Sequence record: MN445185.1
Source: Escherichia phage vB_EcoM_EC001
Strand: one strand, 5' to 3'
Length of the DNA: 64,000 nucleotides
Shown: in pieces, positions 34,769 through 44,747 of the stretch
How the letters are laid out: each line of letters begins with the position of its first letter
How positions within the stretch are numbered: the stretch's first letter is position 1
Program-made: the position numbers and the translations under genes
The notes under the pieces: generated by a model
Told to the model about the DNA's origin: nothing
Database searches by the model: none
Seen by the model: the letters and a program-made list of their open reading frames with translations, nothing else

Positions 34769-35414
34769 TATTCTCAAAAACTTAGACGAGCAGCAGGAAA
34801 AAGAAGTCATTACTGTTGCGCGTGAGTCCATCTCTACGGAGAAGGAACGTGAGTATTGCATGTGGGTTAAGCCCACTGAAGAAGGTTGGCAATGGCTGTT
34901 TGGTCAGACAGGCGAAACCTTCCTGGATGTCATTATGCCGGTCCTTAACGGCAAACGTCGTGTGCGGTTGTCCACCGATAAAACTGCGGTCTTAACGTTA
35001 AAACGACAAGCATCTGATGGTCGTATCGAAGAGAACTCGGATATCGGGTTTGCCTCGGGTCTGACCTTCTACGAAGATGGCAATCTTGCACATCTCGTGC
35101 GTCGTATCAAACTCGAACCAGGTGAACTGGCAGAGCAAGGTGCGAAGCATTGGGATATCGACTTGTTCTTTAAACTGGCAGGTCACCCAGTTATCGAATC
35201 GCAGGCAGGTTTCGAAGACCTTGTCAACGAACTGCGCGACTCCACGACATTCGGCGAGTGGGTAAAAGTCGAACTGGAAGTTGAGCGATTTGAGCTGACG
35301 TCTATCAAGGACGTATTGCCGTTTGCAGTAGAAGACGCTATTCCAGGCAACCCGTCGGATGCGGAGTCCCAGTTAGTTATTTCGAACTACTGGGATAATG
35401 AAACCCGCATCTAA
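34752..35414 (+). CDS. hypothetical protein (220 aa)
   Basis: 17-nt overlap with upstream gene; terminator follows. Confidence 0.6.
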   Translation: MMGLFDILKNLDEQQEKEVITVARESISTEKEREYCMWVKPTEEGWQWLFGQTGETFLDVIMPVLNGKRRVRLSTDKTAVLTLKRQASDGRIEENSDIGFASGLTFYEDGNLAHLVRRIKLEPGELAEQGAKHWDIDLFFKLAGHPVIESQAGFEDLVNELRDSTTFGEWVKVELEVERFELTSIKDVLPFAVEDAIPGNPSDAESQLVISNYWDNETRI

Positions 35415-35420
35415 GTCGTG

Positions 35421-35455
35421 CCCTCTCCTTCGGGAGAGGGTATCTTTATTTTTTA
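35421..35455 (+). terminator. intrinsic terminator
   Basis: CCCTCTCC-ttcg-GGAGAGGG then TATCTTTATTTTTT. Confidence 0.8.
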
Positions 35456-35472
35456 TCTTAAGGAGTATGTAA

Positions 35473-35835
35473 ATGCAAATCGGCTTCTTCTTTAATCGTC
35501 ACGGAATCGTGTTTGTTTGTGGTGTTCCGGATAGTGACGGGAGACGTGTACGCACGTTAGAACTCGACGAAACATCTATGGTCGAGTGGAAAGAGAAACT
35601 TGCTCCCTTCGCAGAAGGTAAGTTTCAACTGCTGCAGCTCTACACGCAAGCTGCATCACCACGCGTTGCTTTCTCCCGACTTGGAGACGGCGAAGACACC
35701 ACACATCTGGTTATCTTCAGTGGGCAGCCTGGTCGTGTATTGAGCGAATTATTGATGGGATTCAATCCGCCTAGCAAGCCCAGGATGAATACGTACAATG
35801 TGCACGACAGTAGCCAAATTCTTATTCTTCGATAA
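35473..35835 (+). CDS. hypothetical protein (120 aa)
   Basis: TTAAGGAG SD. Confidence 0.55.
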   Translation: MQIGFFFNRHGIVFVCGVPDSDGRRVRTLELDETSMVEWKEKLAPFAEGKFQLLQLYTQAASPRVAFSRLGDGEDTTHLVIFSGQPGRVLSELLMGFNPPSKPRMNTYNVHDSSQILILR

Positions 35836-35883
35836 TTTACGGCCACGGCTGTACGTATGTAAAAGACCTCAAGGAGAACTATA

Positions 35884-36303
35884 ATGAACAATATCGCGTT
35901 TGAAAAAGGCGTTGGGTTACTTCTGAACAACACCATCGTCGCTGGCACTAATAACGCTAACTGGGAAGCGTTAGCGCAACGTCTCAAAGACAAGCCTGTG
36001 AAGATTGTGGTAACGAGCGAGCTGCCGTTAAACGGCACGATGGCGGACTGTGGTCCAATGTTTGCGGCGTTTAACATCGACTATGATTGCGGTTCCGCTT
36101 TCTTACAAAACGCCGCGTTACGTAGCCGTCTGTACAGCTGGCGTTTGCTGGGTCCGGTAAGTAAAGCCGCAGGTCAAATGGTTAACCAGGGCACACCGAT
36201 GTCGGGTGTAGAAGACCAGACTATCGCCGTTGTCGTTTCTCGCGCAACCGGCCAGCTTAACTTTGCAATCTGCTACGCGTATCAGGAGGAAGAGTATGCT
36301 TAG
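35884..36303 (+). CDS. hypothetical protein (139 aa)
   Basis: CAAGGAGA SD. Confidence 0.55.
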   Translation: MNNIAFEKGVGLLLNNTIVAGTNNANWEALAQRLKDKPVKIVVTSELPLNGTMADCGPMFAAFNIDYDCGSAFLQNAALRSRLYSWRLLGPVSKAAGQMVNQGTPMSGVEDQTIAVVVSRATGQLNFAICYAYQEEEYA

Positions 36304-37156
36304 TATTATTCAGCAGACTCAGGCGGTTGATGATTGGTACCGGCAAGCGAAGATTTACCAATACGGGACACGCGAGCAGCAGCTAGCCAAGTTCTATCGC
36401 ACATTAGGCGACGTCGCTGAAGGTGTGCAGAAGATGGACAACTTGAAAGTGGCGGCGGCCATGGGTCGCTCTCTTTGGGCGTTCGTTGGTCTGTTGCACT
36501 TCGGCAAGCACACGAACGTGGGAGATTTCGTTATTCCACTGGATGCAGCTATAAAAGACCGCACCACGGGAAACACCAAAGAGTTCCGTCTTCATAACCT
36601 TTTTGTTGTTGCCACCGAAGTGGTTGGACTCATATTGCAAGATGAGCACGAGCCCCACAGCTACGTTACCGAGCTGCATAGTTTGGCGCGACAATACCGA
36701 ATGTTGGCGCGTATCTGCGGCCTGGAATTCGGCCGTGTAATATACAACGGACATCGTGTGCTAATCAACACGAAAGGTGAAATGAACGGCATCGGGTTGT
36801 TTGTTCCCGCGTCTGATGATTTTACTGGCGATAAATTGCCTGGTTCTAGACAGATGTCTGGGCCAGCCATCTGTCTGATGTTCCAGACTGTCCTGGACAG
36901 TTGTGTCGCTACGCACCTTGCGCCCTATTGCCACCGGCCGTTTAAACGCGACGAGTTGCCGACAATCAATGCTGCACTCGCAACTACGTTAAACGAACTG
37001 CTGGACAAATATGTTCGTGACTCAGTGCGCTGGAATCGTATCCTGTTCGAACGTGTACCTGAAATAACCGCAGCCTACACAGATGGCGGTGTGAATGTGG
37101 TGATGAATGATGATCTACTTTACTTATTTGAAAGCTTAAAGAGGGATAGTATCTAA
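36296..37156 (+). CDS. hypothetical protein (286 aa)
   Basis: Start moved from track ORF 36230 to ATG 36296 (CAGGAGGA SD); stop overlaps thyA start. Confidence 0.6.
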   Translation: MLSIIQQTQAVDDWYRQAKIYQYGTREQQLAKFYRTLGDVAEGVQKMDNLKVAAAMGRSLWAFVGLLHFGKHTNVGDFVIPLDAAIKDRTTGNTKEFRLHNLFVVATEVVGLILQDEHEPHSYVTELHSLARQYRMLARICGLEFGRVIYNGHRVLINTKGEMNGIGLFVPASDDFTGDKLPGSRQMSGPAICLMFQTVLDSCVATHLAPYCHRPFKRDELPTINAALATTLNELLDKYVRDSVRWNRILFERVPEITAAYTDGGVNVVMNDDLLYLFESLKRDSI

Positions 37157-38187
37157 TGAAGCAATACCTTGAAACGATGCAGAATATTCTGGATGAAGGG
37201 CATGTTAAAGGCGACCGTACTGGAACAGGGACGCTCTCCGTCTTTGGTCGCCAAATGCGTTTTGATTTGCGCAAAGGTTTCCCGCTAGTCACGACTAAAA
37301 AACTCCACCTGCGTTCTATTATTCACGAACTGCTGTGGTTCCTTAGTGGCGATACCAACACCAAATATCTGGAAGATAACGGCGTTACCATTTGGCGGGA
37401 GTGGCAAGATGAAAATGGGAACCTTGGCCCCCTGTATGGGGAACAGTGGAGACGTTGGAAAGATGTGAAACTGGTGCCTAAGAAAAATGCAGCTTTACTC
37501 GAGAAACTGCAAGATGCAGGATACGTGGATTATGGCGACGCGGACGACGGTTCACAAATGTTCGATGCGCGTGTACTTCTGAAAGAGCACGACCAAATCT
37601 CTAAGGTGATTGACCAACTGCGTAACGATCCTGACAGTCGCCGTATTATTGTCAGCGCATGGAATGTGGGTGAGTTGGATCAAATGGCGTTAGCTCCGTG
37701 TCATGCGTTCTTTCAGTTCTACACTCGTGAGCTGTCTATCGACGAGCGGGTGAATTGGGCAGAAGATAACGATAACGAACTCTGGTCTGATTATGTCCAC
37801 AGCACGTACGTACCCGCACCTAAGCGATTAGAGTGGTTGGATAAAGCCAACGTGCCAACCCGTATGTTGTCTTGTCAGCTGTATGCACGTTCCCAAGACT
37901 TCTTCCTGGGAACACCGTTCAACATCGCGTCTTACGCATTACTCGTGCACATGGTAGCTCAACAAGTTAACATGGTGCCAGGCGATTTCGTTTGGAGCGG
38001 CGGTGACGTGCATCTGTACTCCAACCATCTGGAGCAGGCCAAGCTGCAGCTGACGCGTGAACCTTTACCTTTGCCGAAACTGGTCATCAAACGTAAACCG
38101 GAATCTATCTTCGGTTATAAGTTCGATGATTTTGAGATCCAGGATTACGTATCACACGACCCAATTAAAGCGCCTGTCGCTATCTAA
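37156..38187 (+). CDS. thyA: thymidylate synthase (343 aa) with two insertions relative to E. coli ThyA
   Basis: Near-identical to E. coli ThyA in conserved blocks ([39 protein letters not shown] with catalytic Cys, [19 protein letters not shown]-terminal …IKAPVAI); two ~35-40 aa insertions. Confidence 0.95.
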   Translation: MKQYLETMQNILDEGHVKGDRTGTGTLSVFGRQMRFDLRKGFPLVTTKKLHLRSIIHELLWFLSGDTNTKYLEDNGVTIWREWQDENGNLGPLYGEQWRRWKDVKLVPKKNAALLEKLQDAGYVDYGDADDGSQMFDARVLLKEHDQISKVIDQLRNDPDSRRIIVSAWNVGELDQMALAPCHAFFQFYTRELSIDERVNWAEDNDNELWSDYVHSTYVPAPKRLEWLDKANVPTRMLSCQLYARSQDFFLGTPFNIASYALLVHMVAQQVNMVPGDFVWSGGDVHLYSNHLEQAKLQLTREPLPLPKLVIKRKPESIFGYKFDDFEIQDYVSHDPIKAPVAI

Positions 38188-38199
38188 ATAGGAGCGTTT

Positions 38200-38736
38200 A
38201 TGGTTGACAACGTCGTTCCATTCAAACCTAAAGTGGTGGTTGCTACGGACGAACCGCCGTTTATTCCTGTCAATGGACAGAAGATCATCGAGTTTCCAGA
38301 CGAGCATCGTGGGCAATTGCACGTTCCACAACCGGACGGGACGATGAAAGCTATCGGTTTCCCGATAGCTGAACAAGAATGGTGGACGCTTCTGGCCATC
38401 CAGATGATGTCGCGTGGTCTGGGTGTGTCTACGGAACCTGTCGTTCGCATTAATACCGACCCGTATATCCACGAACAAGGCAGTTGGATGGAACGACGTC
38501 GGACAATGGAGATGCAGATTAGCAAAGAAACGCTTTTGCAAATCGCCGAGTCCACGCCCTTTATCCTGACCTCATCTTTTAACGGGGATATGGATGAAGA
38601 CCTCTACATGCACCTTTCAGGCTTAGCAGCTGAACACCGCATTGCAGAAGAAGAGCCTATCTATACCGAAGCGATGATTATCCATCCGACTGGCTTAGAA
38701 GGTGATACCTTTAAACTGATTTGGGTGGAGCTATGA
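38200..38736 (+). CDS. hypothetical protein (178 aa)
   Basis: AGGAG SD. Confidence 0.6.
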   Translation: MVDNVVPFKPKVVVATDEPPFIPVNGQKIIEFPDEHRGQLHVPQPDGTMKAIGFPIAEQEWWTLLAIQMMSRGLGVSTEPVVRINTDPYIHEQGSWMERRRTMEMQISKETLLQIAESTPFILTSSFNGDMDEDLYMHLSGLAAEHRIAEEEPIYTEAMIIHPTGLEGDTFKLIWVEL

Positions 38737-38984
38737 CTGACCGACTCAGTAAAACAATTCGACTACCACAACAGCGTAATGTTCGCAAAGGCGATGTTTT
38801 CACGGCGGAAGAATGGGTTGCATTAAAGGCCCTGTTCCCGGACGAAACCGATTCACATGTCGTCCAAATGGCATTGAAAGAGTTTGCAAAGAACGCTCCT
38901 GAAATGCTGCTGCGTAAGAAAGAAGAAGAACTGAATATGCTCCGTAACAGCGTAGACGTTCTCTTTAAAACAATGGAGAAATAA
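38733..38984 (+). CDS. hypothetical protein (83 aa)
   Basis: Start moved from track ORF 38721 (TTG) to ATG 38733 overlapping upstream stop; GGTGGAG SD. Confidence 0.5.
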   Translation: MTDRLSKTIRLPQQRNVRKGDVFTAEEWVALKALFPDETDSHVVQMALKEFAKNAPEMLLRKKEEELNMLRNSVDVLFKTMEK

Positions 38985-38985
38985 G

Positions 38986-39753
38986 ATGATGAAACTCTTT
39001 GCGTTCTCCGATGAATTCTACACAGTGGAATTCGACGACTACGAATACGGGTTATTAGGGGCCGTCGACATGGAGGACGCTAAACGGCAGCTTCCTACTA
39101 GCGAAATAGAAATCATTGAGATTGGGGAAACTAATCTTAGTGAGATTTTGATGCTGGGGCGGCGACCACGACCTGCGGAACCTGAGCAGGAAAGAGAGCA
39201 AGCGCAAGCGATTTGTCTGGTTTATGAGCCGATAGACCCTGCAGCGATAGCGAAGGTAGTCGATACGTTACGGCCACAGATTGGCGTCGCGATTGAAAAT
39301 TATCGCTGGGCTCGTTTCTCGGGCGACACGCCGATATTTTCGAATAAGCACTGGTTGTTATGTATCAACGACGACACGATAATGGTACCGTTAACAGGGG
39401 AGAAGAATTTTGAAGATAACTTCGTCCCTGGCGAAGAGTCTGTTATCTTCGAGTATAGCCATGTCATCGGAAAGCCGAGCTTCTACCAAGTTCTGATTGA
39501 TGTCTTGACTCACGTCGGTCGAACCATCGAATACCACTACTGGGCACGCCAGGCGCGTTCTAAATGGTTCTCGTTGACGTACGTCGAAGGTTGGGAACGT
39601 GTTGTTGAAAAGATTGACGGGCGCTATGAGCAGATATGGTTCCTGAACCCGGCATTCCGTGAAGAATTACCCGCATGGGTAAAAGAAGAGGCGAGCAAGC
39701 TGACGGTTGGCTTTACTAAGCAGGGCGCGCCGTATATGGTTAACTACAAATAA
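38986..39753 (+). CDS. hypothetical protein (255 aa)
   Basis: ATG 1 nt after upstream stop; GGAG SD. Confidence 0.6.
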   Translation: MMKLFAFSDEFYTVEFDDYEYGLLGAVDMEDAKRQLPTSEIEIIEIGETNLSEILMLGRRPRPAEPEQEREQAQAICLVYEPIDPAAIAKVVDTLRPQIGVAIENYRWARFSGDTPIFSNKHWLLCINDDTIMVPLTGEKNFEDNFVPGEESVIFEYSHVIGKPSFYQVLIDVLTHVGRTIEYHYWARQARSKWFSLTYVEGWERVVEKIDGRYEQIWFLNPAFREELPAWVKEEASKLTVGFTKQGAPYMVNYK

Positions 39754-39764
39754 GGTGAAAACAG

Positions 39765-40244
39765 ATGTCTATAACTCGGATCGATTATCGTGCCGTGGTA
39801 AAAGAACTGTCCAAAGGTCTTATCGAACTGGACTCCGATGAAGCCCGTAGCTGTGGCTTTTTACCGCATATTGCACTGAGTGAGTTCCGCACTATCCGCT
39901 ATGGAGCTGGTCGTCAGAAAGGCGTTACAACACACGCTGTTGATATGTCAGCAAAGTTCCACGGCAGCGTTCTGTATCTGGTTCACAACGAAGCATTACG
40001 GAGCGAAGTGGTGGAGAAATTCCATGAAAAAGCCGCTGGGAACGGTTGGTTGACCGTACACTGTAACTACTTGCCCGAGGGTTGGAAACGCGCGACGGGT
40101 GCTGGTATATCCGGCTACGAGAAATTCGGCTTGGTTATTGTCGACGAAGCGGGTTTCTTCTTCAACAAGTTCAGTTACGATAAAATCTATCGCAGTCTGG
40201 TCGACGTAGTAACGCCAGACGTTGTGATACACCTGATTAATTAA
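39765..40244 (+). CDS. hypothetical protein, possible P-loop NTPase/nucleotide kinase (159 aa)
   Basis: AAGGTG SD; Walker-B-like LVIVDEAGFFF (resembles thymidine-kinase [VI]DE[AG]QFF) and a loose P-loop GAGRQKGVTT; tentative. Confidence 0.55.
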   Translation: MSITRIDYRAVVKELSKGLIELDSDEARSCGFLPHIALSEFRTIRYGAGRQKGVTTHAVDMSAKFHGSVLYLVHNEALRSEVVEKFHEKAAGNGWLTVHCNYLPEGWKRATGAGISGYEKFGLVIVDEAGFFFNKFSYDKIYRSLVDVVTPDVVIHLIN

Positions 40245-40256
40245 GTAGAGGAAAAT

Positions 40257-40445
40257 ATGGCTGGAGAACTCGGTCGTGGGCAAGCCACAACGTTCATGTA
40301 TCGTGATGGGTTAGGTGCGGATGTAAACATGTCTCCGGATGACGAGATGGTTATCCCTGGACTTGACCCGGACGCAGGTGTGGAAGGTGGCGTCGACCCG
40401 TCGAAAGACGACGACAACTGCACCGGTGGTGCGTGCAAGATTTAA
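40257..40445 (+). CDS. small acidic protein (62 aa)
   Basis: GAGGAAAA SD; strong terminator follows. Confidence 0.5.
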   Translation: MAGELGRGQATTFMYRDGLGADVNMSPDDEMVIPGLDPDAGVEGGVDPSKDDDNCTGGACKI

Positions 40446-40455
40446 AATACGTATT

Positions 40456-40489
40456 AGGGTGTCCATATGGACACCCTACTTATTTTTTT
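40456..40489 (+). terminator. intrinsic terminator
   Basis: AGGGTGTCC-atat-GGACACCCT then ACTTATTTTTTT. Confidence 0.8.
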
Positions 40490-40507
40490 GTTTAAGGAGC
40501 TATCAAA

Positions 40508-41449
40508 ATGGGCGAACGTTTCATTATCCAGATTCCGTATAACGTTATTGTTGAACCTAACCAGTACCTGGCACAGATTAATGAGCTTCTGGCTGGATTC
40601 TGCCAACGTCAGTTTGTTAAACCGTGGTCCTTTGAGAAACTGTACACCCTGTGCGTGAACAGTGAAACCGGTCACACTTACGTCGAAGGTAAAGTCTTCA
40701 CAGGCGACCAGCGTTTGGAAATAAATGATTTCGAAATGCCGTGGACGTTGGAAGGTGTCGAGTATCGTGGTACGGTTGATCGTCCGCGTTACGTACCTTT
40801 GTACACCATCCCACAATGTATTACTAACGTTATGGGTTGGTCTAAAGCGCGTGGTATTCTGGATAACGGCGTCTGGTATAGCCAAGCCACCAAACTCTAC
40901 GAAGAAGACGGTGAAGCGGCAACCGGTATCAGTAAAAACAAACGCCGTTACATCATGGACGGTATCGGTGATGCTCTGGTCGTGCTGGTTAACTTGATGG
41001 AACTCATTAAGTTTGACTCAACCGATATCACCACATACGTCAACGACGCACGTTCAAAGAAACCACACGCCGGGAACAGTCATTACCTGTTCCACAAAAT
41101 GCGTTTCCATCTTACTTGTGCAGTTGATTATATCTGGGATCAGGCAGGCATCGACTCAGCTAAGCAACTCGAATATAAACACTTCGAGAACAGCGACGCG
41201 GTAATGATCGAATGTCACTTCGCGCAGATGGTCGAATACGCCAATGCGCTGGCTAATGCGTACGATATGACTCTGGAACAGTGCTTCTCCTTGGCGTGGG
41301 ATGAAATCAAAGACCGTAAGGGTTTCCTGAATGCGGACGGTATCTTCGTTAAAGAAGCAGACATGACTGCTGCTGAAATCGAAGTAAACGGTTCCCTTAC
41401 TGTAAAAGATGAGGCGTTTACCGATGGCGAAGAAACTGTTCACGGTTGA
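40508..41449 (+). CDS. hypothetical protein, possible MazG-like NTP pyrophosphohydrolase domain (313 aa)
   Basis: TTAAGGAG SD; segment MDGIGDALVVLVNLMELIKFD resembles the all-alpha MazG helix pattern; tentative. Confidence 0.6.
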   Translation: MGERFIIQIPYNVIVEPNQYLAQINELLAGFCQRQFVKPWSFEKLYTLCVNSETGHTYVEGKVFTGDQRLEINDFEMPWTLEGVEYRGTVDRPRYVPLYTIPQCITNVMGWSKARGILDNGVWYSQATKLYEEDGEAATGISKNKRRYIMDGIGDALVVLVNLMELIKFDSTDITTYVNDARSKKPHAGNSHYLFHKMRFHLTCAVDYIWDQAGIDSAKQLEYKHFENSDAVMIECHFAQMVEYANALANAYDMTLEQCFSLAWDEIKDRKGFLNADGIFVKEADMTAAEIEVNGSLTVKDEAFTDGEETVHG

Positions 41450-41846
41450 TTACGATGAATACGCTGATCGTTTACTGGTCAACAATATCGTCTGGGAAGA
41501 CCACGGTCTAATGCCATGGCATCTGAAATTCCTAGCGGAGCGTTCAGAACAATGCGGTGGTTTGGAGTTCGTACTTACCGACACACCAATTCCGGTACCT
41601 CACATTGCGCCGGTAGAAAATTTGTACTTCTTCGATGCTAATGTGAAGTTATTACAGCAGGTACTCTATACGCATGATTGGCGTGGCGGTTGTCAGTTCC
41701 CAGAGAACGTTTTAAAGCTCTCTGAACGCTTCGGCACCGACATTGCGTACTGTCAAACGTTCCCAAAAGACTTGGGACGAAACAGCGTGGTGCTGTGGTA
41801 TTACCCTCCGGTAGAAGATATCGTAAAAGTGATTATCGAACGCTAA
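41424..41846 (+). CDS. hypothetical protein (140 aa)
   Basis: Start moved from track ORF 41409 to ATG 41424 (GAGGCG SD); ends at a bidirectional terminator. Confidence 0.55.
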   Translation: MAKKLFTVDYDEYADRLLVNNIVWEDHGLMPWHLKFLAERSEQCGGLEFVLTDTPIPVPHIAPVENLYFFDANVKLLQQVLYTHDWRGGCQFPENVLKLSERFGTDIAYCQTFPKDLGRNSVVLWYYPPVEDIVKVIIER

Positions 41847-41860
41847 AAAATAAAAGCAAA

Positions 41861-41900
41861 CGAGTACCCCGTTAGGGGTACTCGCATTACTTATTTTTTT
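41861..41900. terminator. bidirectional intrinsic terminator between convergent genes
   Basis: CGAGTACCCC-gtta-GGGGTACTCG; T-run downstream, AAAAAATAAAAGC upstream. Confidence 0.8.
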
Positions 41901-41902
41901 TG

Positions 41903-42454
41903 TTACGCTTGAGCCATGTCGGAAATGTCATAAACCAGACCATTCAACTCAGTAACGGTAATCAGTTTACTGATATCGACACCATCGCTCGGAACTTCGG
42001 TCAAATAAACCTCAACCGTACCTGTCCACGCCAGCGACTTTCCATTGAAACGCAGATTGTGTTTCGTGGAGGAAGTCATTGATTCTGTCGCGTAAATCTC
42101 GGTTGCGTCGATTAACCAATTGTATTTGGTTCGCAGCAAGGGAACAAGATCGGCAGCAGTCGACACGCCGGTGCCATCGACAGACAACACGACGTTCTCA
42201 AACAAATGAGCTACGTCCAATCGACGATAAGTAAGACCCATCTTACCGAACGTACCCTTCTCAATGATACCAGAAACATCAAGGTTGGTGTTCAGTCTGG
42301 TGTATTGCTCTGGGTCAGGATCGGCTGCGGTGATGTGTGCCGGGTTACCGAACGACAATTTATCGATGGTCACGCCCTTACCAGTCAGTCCAGGATTCTG
42401 AGACATGATGAGATCGTAAACCAACTCTTTTGCGGTTTTTCCAAATAAACTCAT
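41903..42454 (-). CDS. hypothetical protein (183 aa), possibly virion-associated
   Basis: Last gene of a minus-strand three-gene block; GAGGTAG SD; ends at the bidirectional terminator. Confidence 0.6.
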   Translation of the reverse strand: MSLFGKTAKELVYDLIMSQNPGLTGKGVTIDKLSFGNPAHITAADPDPEQYTRLNTNLDVSGIIEKGTFGKMGLTYRRLDVAHLFENVVLSVDGTGVSTAADLVPLLRTKYNWLIDATEIYATESMTSSTKHNLRFNGKSLAWTGTVEVYLTEVPSDGVDISKLITVTELNGLVYDISDMAQA

Positions 42455-42476
42455 AATGCGCTACCTCTGTGGTGTA

Positions 42477-44738
42477 CTATCGCGCTTGTGGTAGGAAAAT
42501 GTTCGCGATTTGTCGTGCTGGTATGATATCTAACGCGGCGTTGACGATGCTGCCCTGTGACCAGGCACTTGCCCAGTTCTGCGCCCAGATAGACGCGTTG
42601 ATTTTAGCCTGCGCGATGCCGTTGGTACGCTCGTAAAGCGTGGCAGCGCCCAACACAGACATAAATTCACTGAACTTGTTATCATCATCAAACACACCAA
42701 TATCAGTTACAATCGGCATGTACATAACACGCGACAGGTCACGAATAGTTACCTGTATATCACACGACAACGGCAGACCGTCAGCACGCCAACCTAAACC
42801 ACCTGTACCGAACTGGAGACTCAGGTTAGTTACCATGGCGTTACGCATGGAATAACGACCGCGAGAATAGCACTCCAGATAGAACGGGTGTGTAAACGAT
42901 TGTTTACCGGTTGCTAACGGACAAACTGCCGCTAACCAGAACGACAACGGGACAATCAGATCCTGGAACACATCTAAGTCGTTACCCGACCAACAGCGAA
43001 GGGGAATGCTTAGCGAGATATCGTCACCTGAGGTGTCTGAGGAGTCCCACACTTCCGGGAAGTCAATCACTGACGAGTTGTACAGCGACATAATCCCTGA
43101 TAAATGCAAGAAATCGAGTGCGCCTGTAAAGGCGGACTTCAACCCAGTAATGAGACCATCGACTGCGTCGAAACCAGTCTTACCACCAGAGAGGTTTACT
43201 TCCAAAGAACGTGCTTTCTGTGTGGCGGAGTTAACCGTGCCAGAGATTTCAGGTTCTTTGGTGGTGTTGGAGAACGAACGCCCTACGGTATCACGTCCAT
43301 CAACACGCCAAGTAATCCACTGCGAACCATTGCGTATCTCCGAAGCGATGTTCGAAGTTAACCCATCCATAGCGCCTTCTAAAATATCGATATAGTCTTT
43401 GAAGACGCTACCGACAGATTCTTTCTGGCCTTGGTCCATCCAGTTTTCAATCTTCCCAATGTCGAGATTATTCTCATCCATTGAGTTTGCTTCGGTCTGA
43501 CTTTTAGCAACCTGAGCCTGGTTCTTTTCAACCTGTGCCATACGCTCGGCAAGCTTTTTACGTTGCGCATCACCTTCGTTTTCGAAGTTTTCAGCCTTAC
43601 CCCCTTGTGACTGAGCATCCTGAATGCTGCCGTTCATCCCTGCTACCAGTTCGTCTTCTTTGTTGTCGACGTTTTCAAAACCAGCATCGTACCCTTTACC
43701 GGCTTTGGCTACGTATTCAAGGTTACGTAAAGAAACCTCGTACTGCGCAGCTTTCTCCAAATGGGTTGTTGAGTACGTCGCTTCCAGATAGAAGTTTCGC
43801 AAACGACGAGCCATGTCCTCTTCGTTACTCGACTCTTTACGAATTTTATCGATGGTTTTCGCCTGGTAGTTGGCTAATGTTTGGTAGCGGTTAATCATTC
43901 GATAGATATCGAACTCACCATCAGCTGTCCAGATTTCTGGCAGCATGGAGTACCACTCTTTGCGGTCGCCGTTGTACTTATTAGCAGTACCGCCTTTCTC
44001 AGACCCATCTACAGCATTAGCAAGCTGGAAAGTCCCTAACACACCCGTTGGCACCAATCGGCGATAAACTAACTGGGTGTTGACCATATTCTGCACAGCG
44101 CGCAGATACAAGTGCATTGTCGGTTTCACGTAGTAGTAGCGAGAAGTCTGCTTGTTCAGCACCATCTTCAACATACGTGGTGTAATTAGAATAACCGCAA
44201 AGGCAACCGTACCTACTGCGGCCCATATTGCTGCGGCGGCAACATACGTCCCCATCGCACGTAACATACCTGGGTAGTCACCTGTGCGTGCCAGATACGC
44301 TAGGTTGGAATCGTACATATTCGCGAAGAATGCAGCTACCCCGATATATCGAGGTTTACCGAAACGACAATGAAGATAAAAACTGTTTTGGTTAATAGCT
44401 TCGTAATAGAAAGTCCCTAGACGATAGGAACCACGTTGGTCTTGACCTTTAACGTACTTTGAGTACGAGCCACGACCTGCATCGGGTTGTGCAAAAGCAC
44501 CTGTTGAACTCGGATCAGCAAACATCGTAAACTGCGGCGGCGCATTTAACGCTTGCGAACCACCCATCGTGGTATCTTCAAACGAGAGCATCGCGTTAGA
44601 GTAACGACGCAAACCCAGGAAGCGCTCATCGCGCTGTGCGGTTGTACCGCCAAACAGGCCGGTTACCCATCCTGAATCTTTTAGTTGTCTTGCTTCCACG
44701 TAAAACCTCTCTGTAAGATGATTAGGGGGTGTTGCCAC
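42477..44738 (-). CDS. hypothetical protein (753 aa; GTG start, uncertain), possibly virion-associated
   Basis: Long minus ORF directly downstream of the giant gene; alternative GTG at 44699 with better-spaced GAGAGG SD; hydrophobic stretch near aa 150-185. Confidence 0.75.
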   Translation of the reverse strand: MATPPNHLTERFYVEARQLKDSGWVTGLFGGTTAQRDERFLGLRRYSNAMLSFEDTTMGGSQALNAPPQFTMFADPSSTGAFAQPDAGRGSYSKYVKGQDQRGSYRLGTFYYEAINQNSFYLHCRFGKPRYIGVAAFFANMYDSNLAYLARTGDYPGMLRAMGTYVAAAAIWAAVGTVAFAVILITPRMLKMVLNKQTSRYYYVKPTMHLYLRAVQNMVNTQLVYRRLVPTGVLGTFQLANAVDGSEKGGTANKYNGDRKEWYSMLPEIWTADGEFDIYRMINRYQTLANYQAKTIDKIRKESSNEEDMARRLRNFYLEATYSTTHLEKAAQYEVSLRNLEYVAKAGKGYDAGFENVDNKEDELVAGMNGSIQDAQSQGGKAENFENEGDAQRKKLAERMAQVEKNQAQVAKSQTEANSMDENNLDIGKIENWMDQGQKESVGSVFKDYIDILEGAMDGLTSNIASEIRNGSQWITWRVDGRDTVGRSFSNTTKEPEISGTVNSATQKARSLEVNLSGGKTGFDAVDGLITGLKSAFTGALDFLHLSGIMSLYNSSVIDFPEVWDSSDTSGDDISLSIPLRCWSGNDLDVFQDLIVPLSFWLAAVCPLATGKQSFTHPFYLECYSRGRYSMRNAMVTNLSLQFGTGGLGWRADGLPLSCDIQVTIRDLSRVMYMPIVTDIGVFDDDNKFSEFMSVLGAATLYERTNGIAQAKINASIWAQNWASAWSQGSIVNAALDIIPARQIANIFLPQAR

Positions 44739-44747
44739 CCCCTACGA

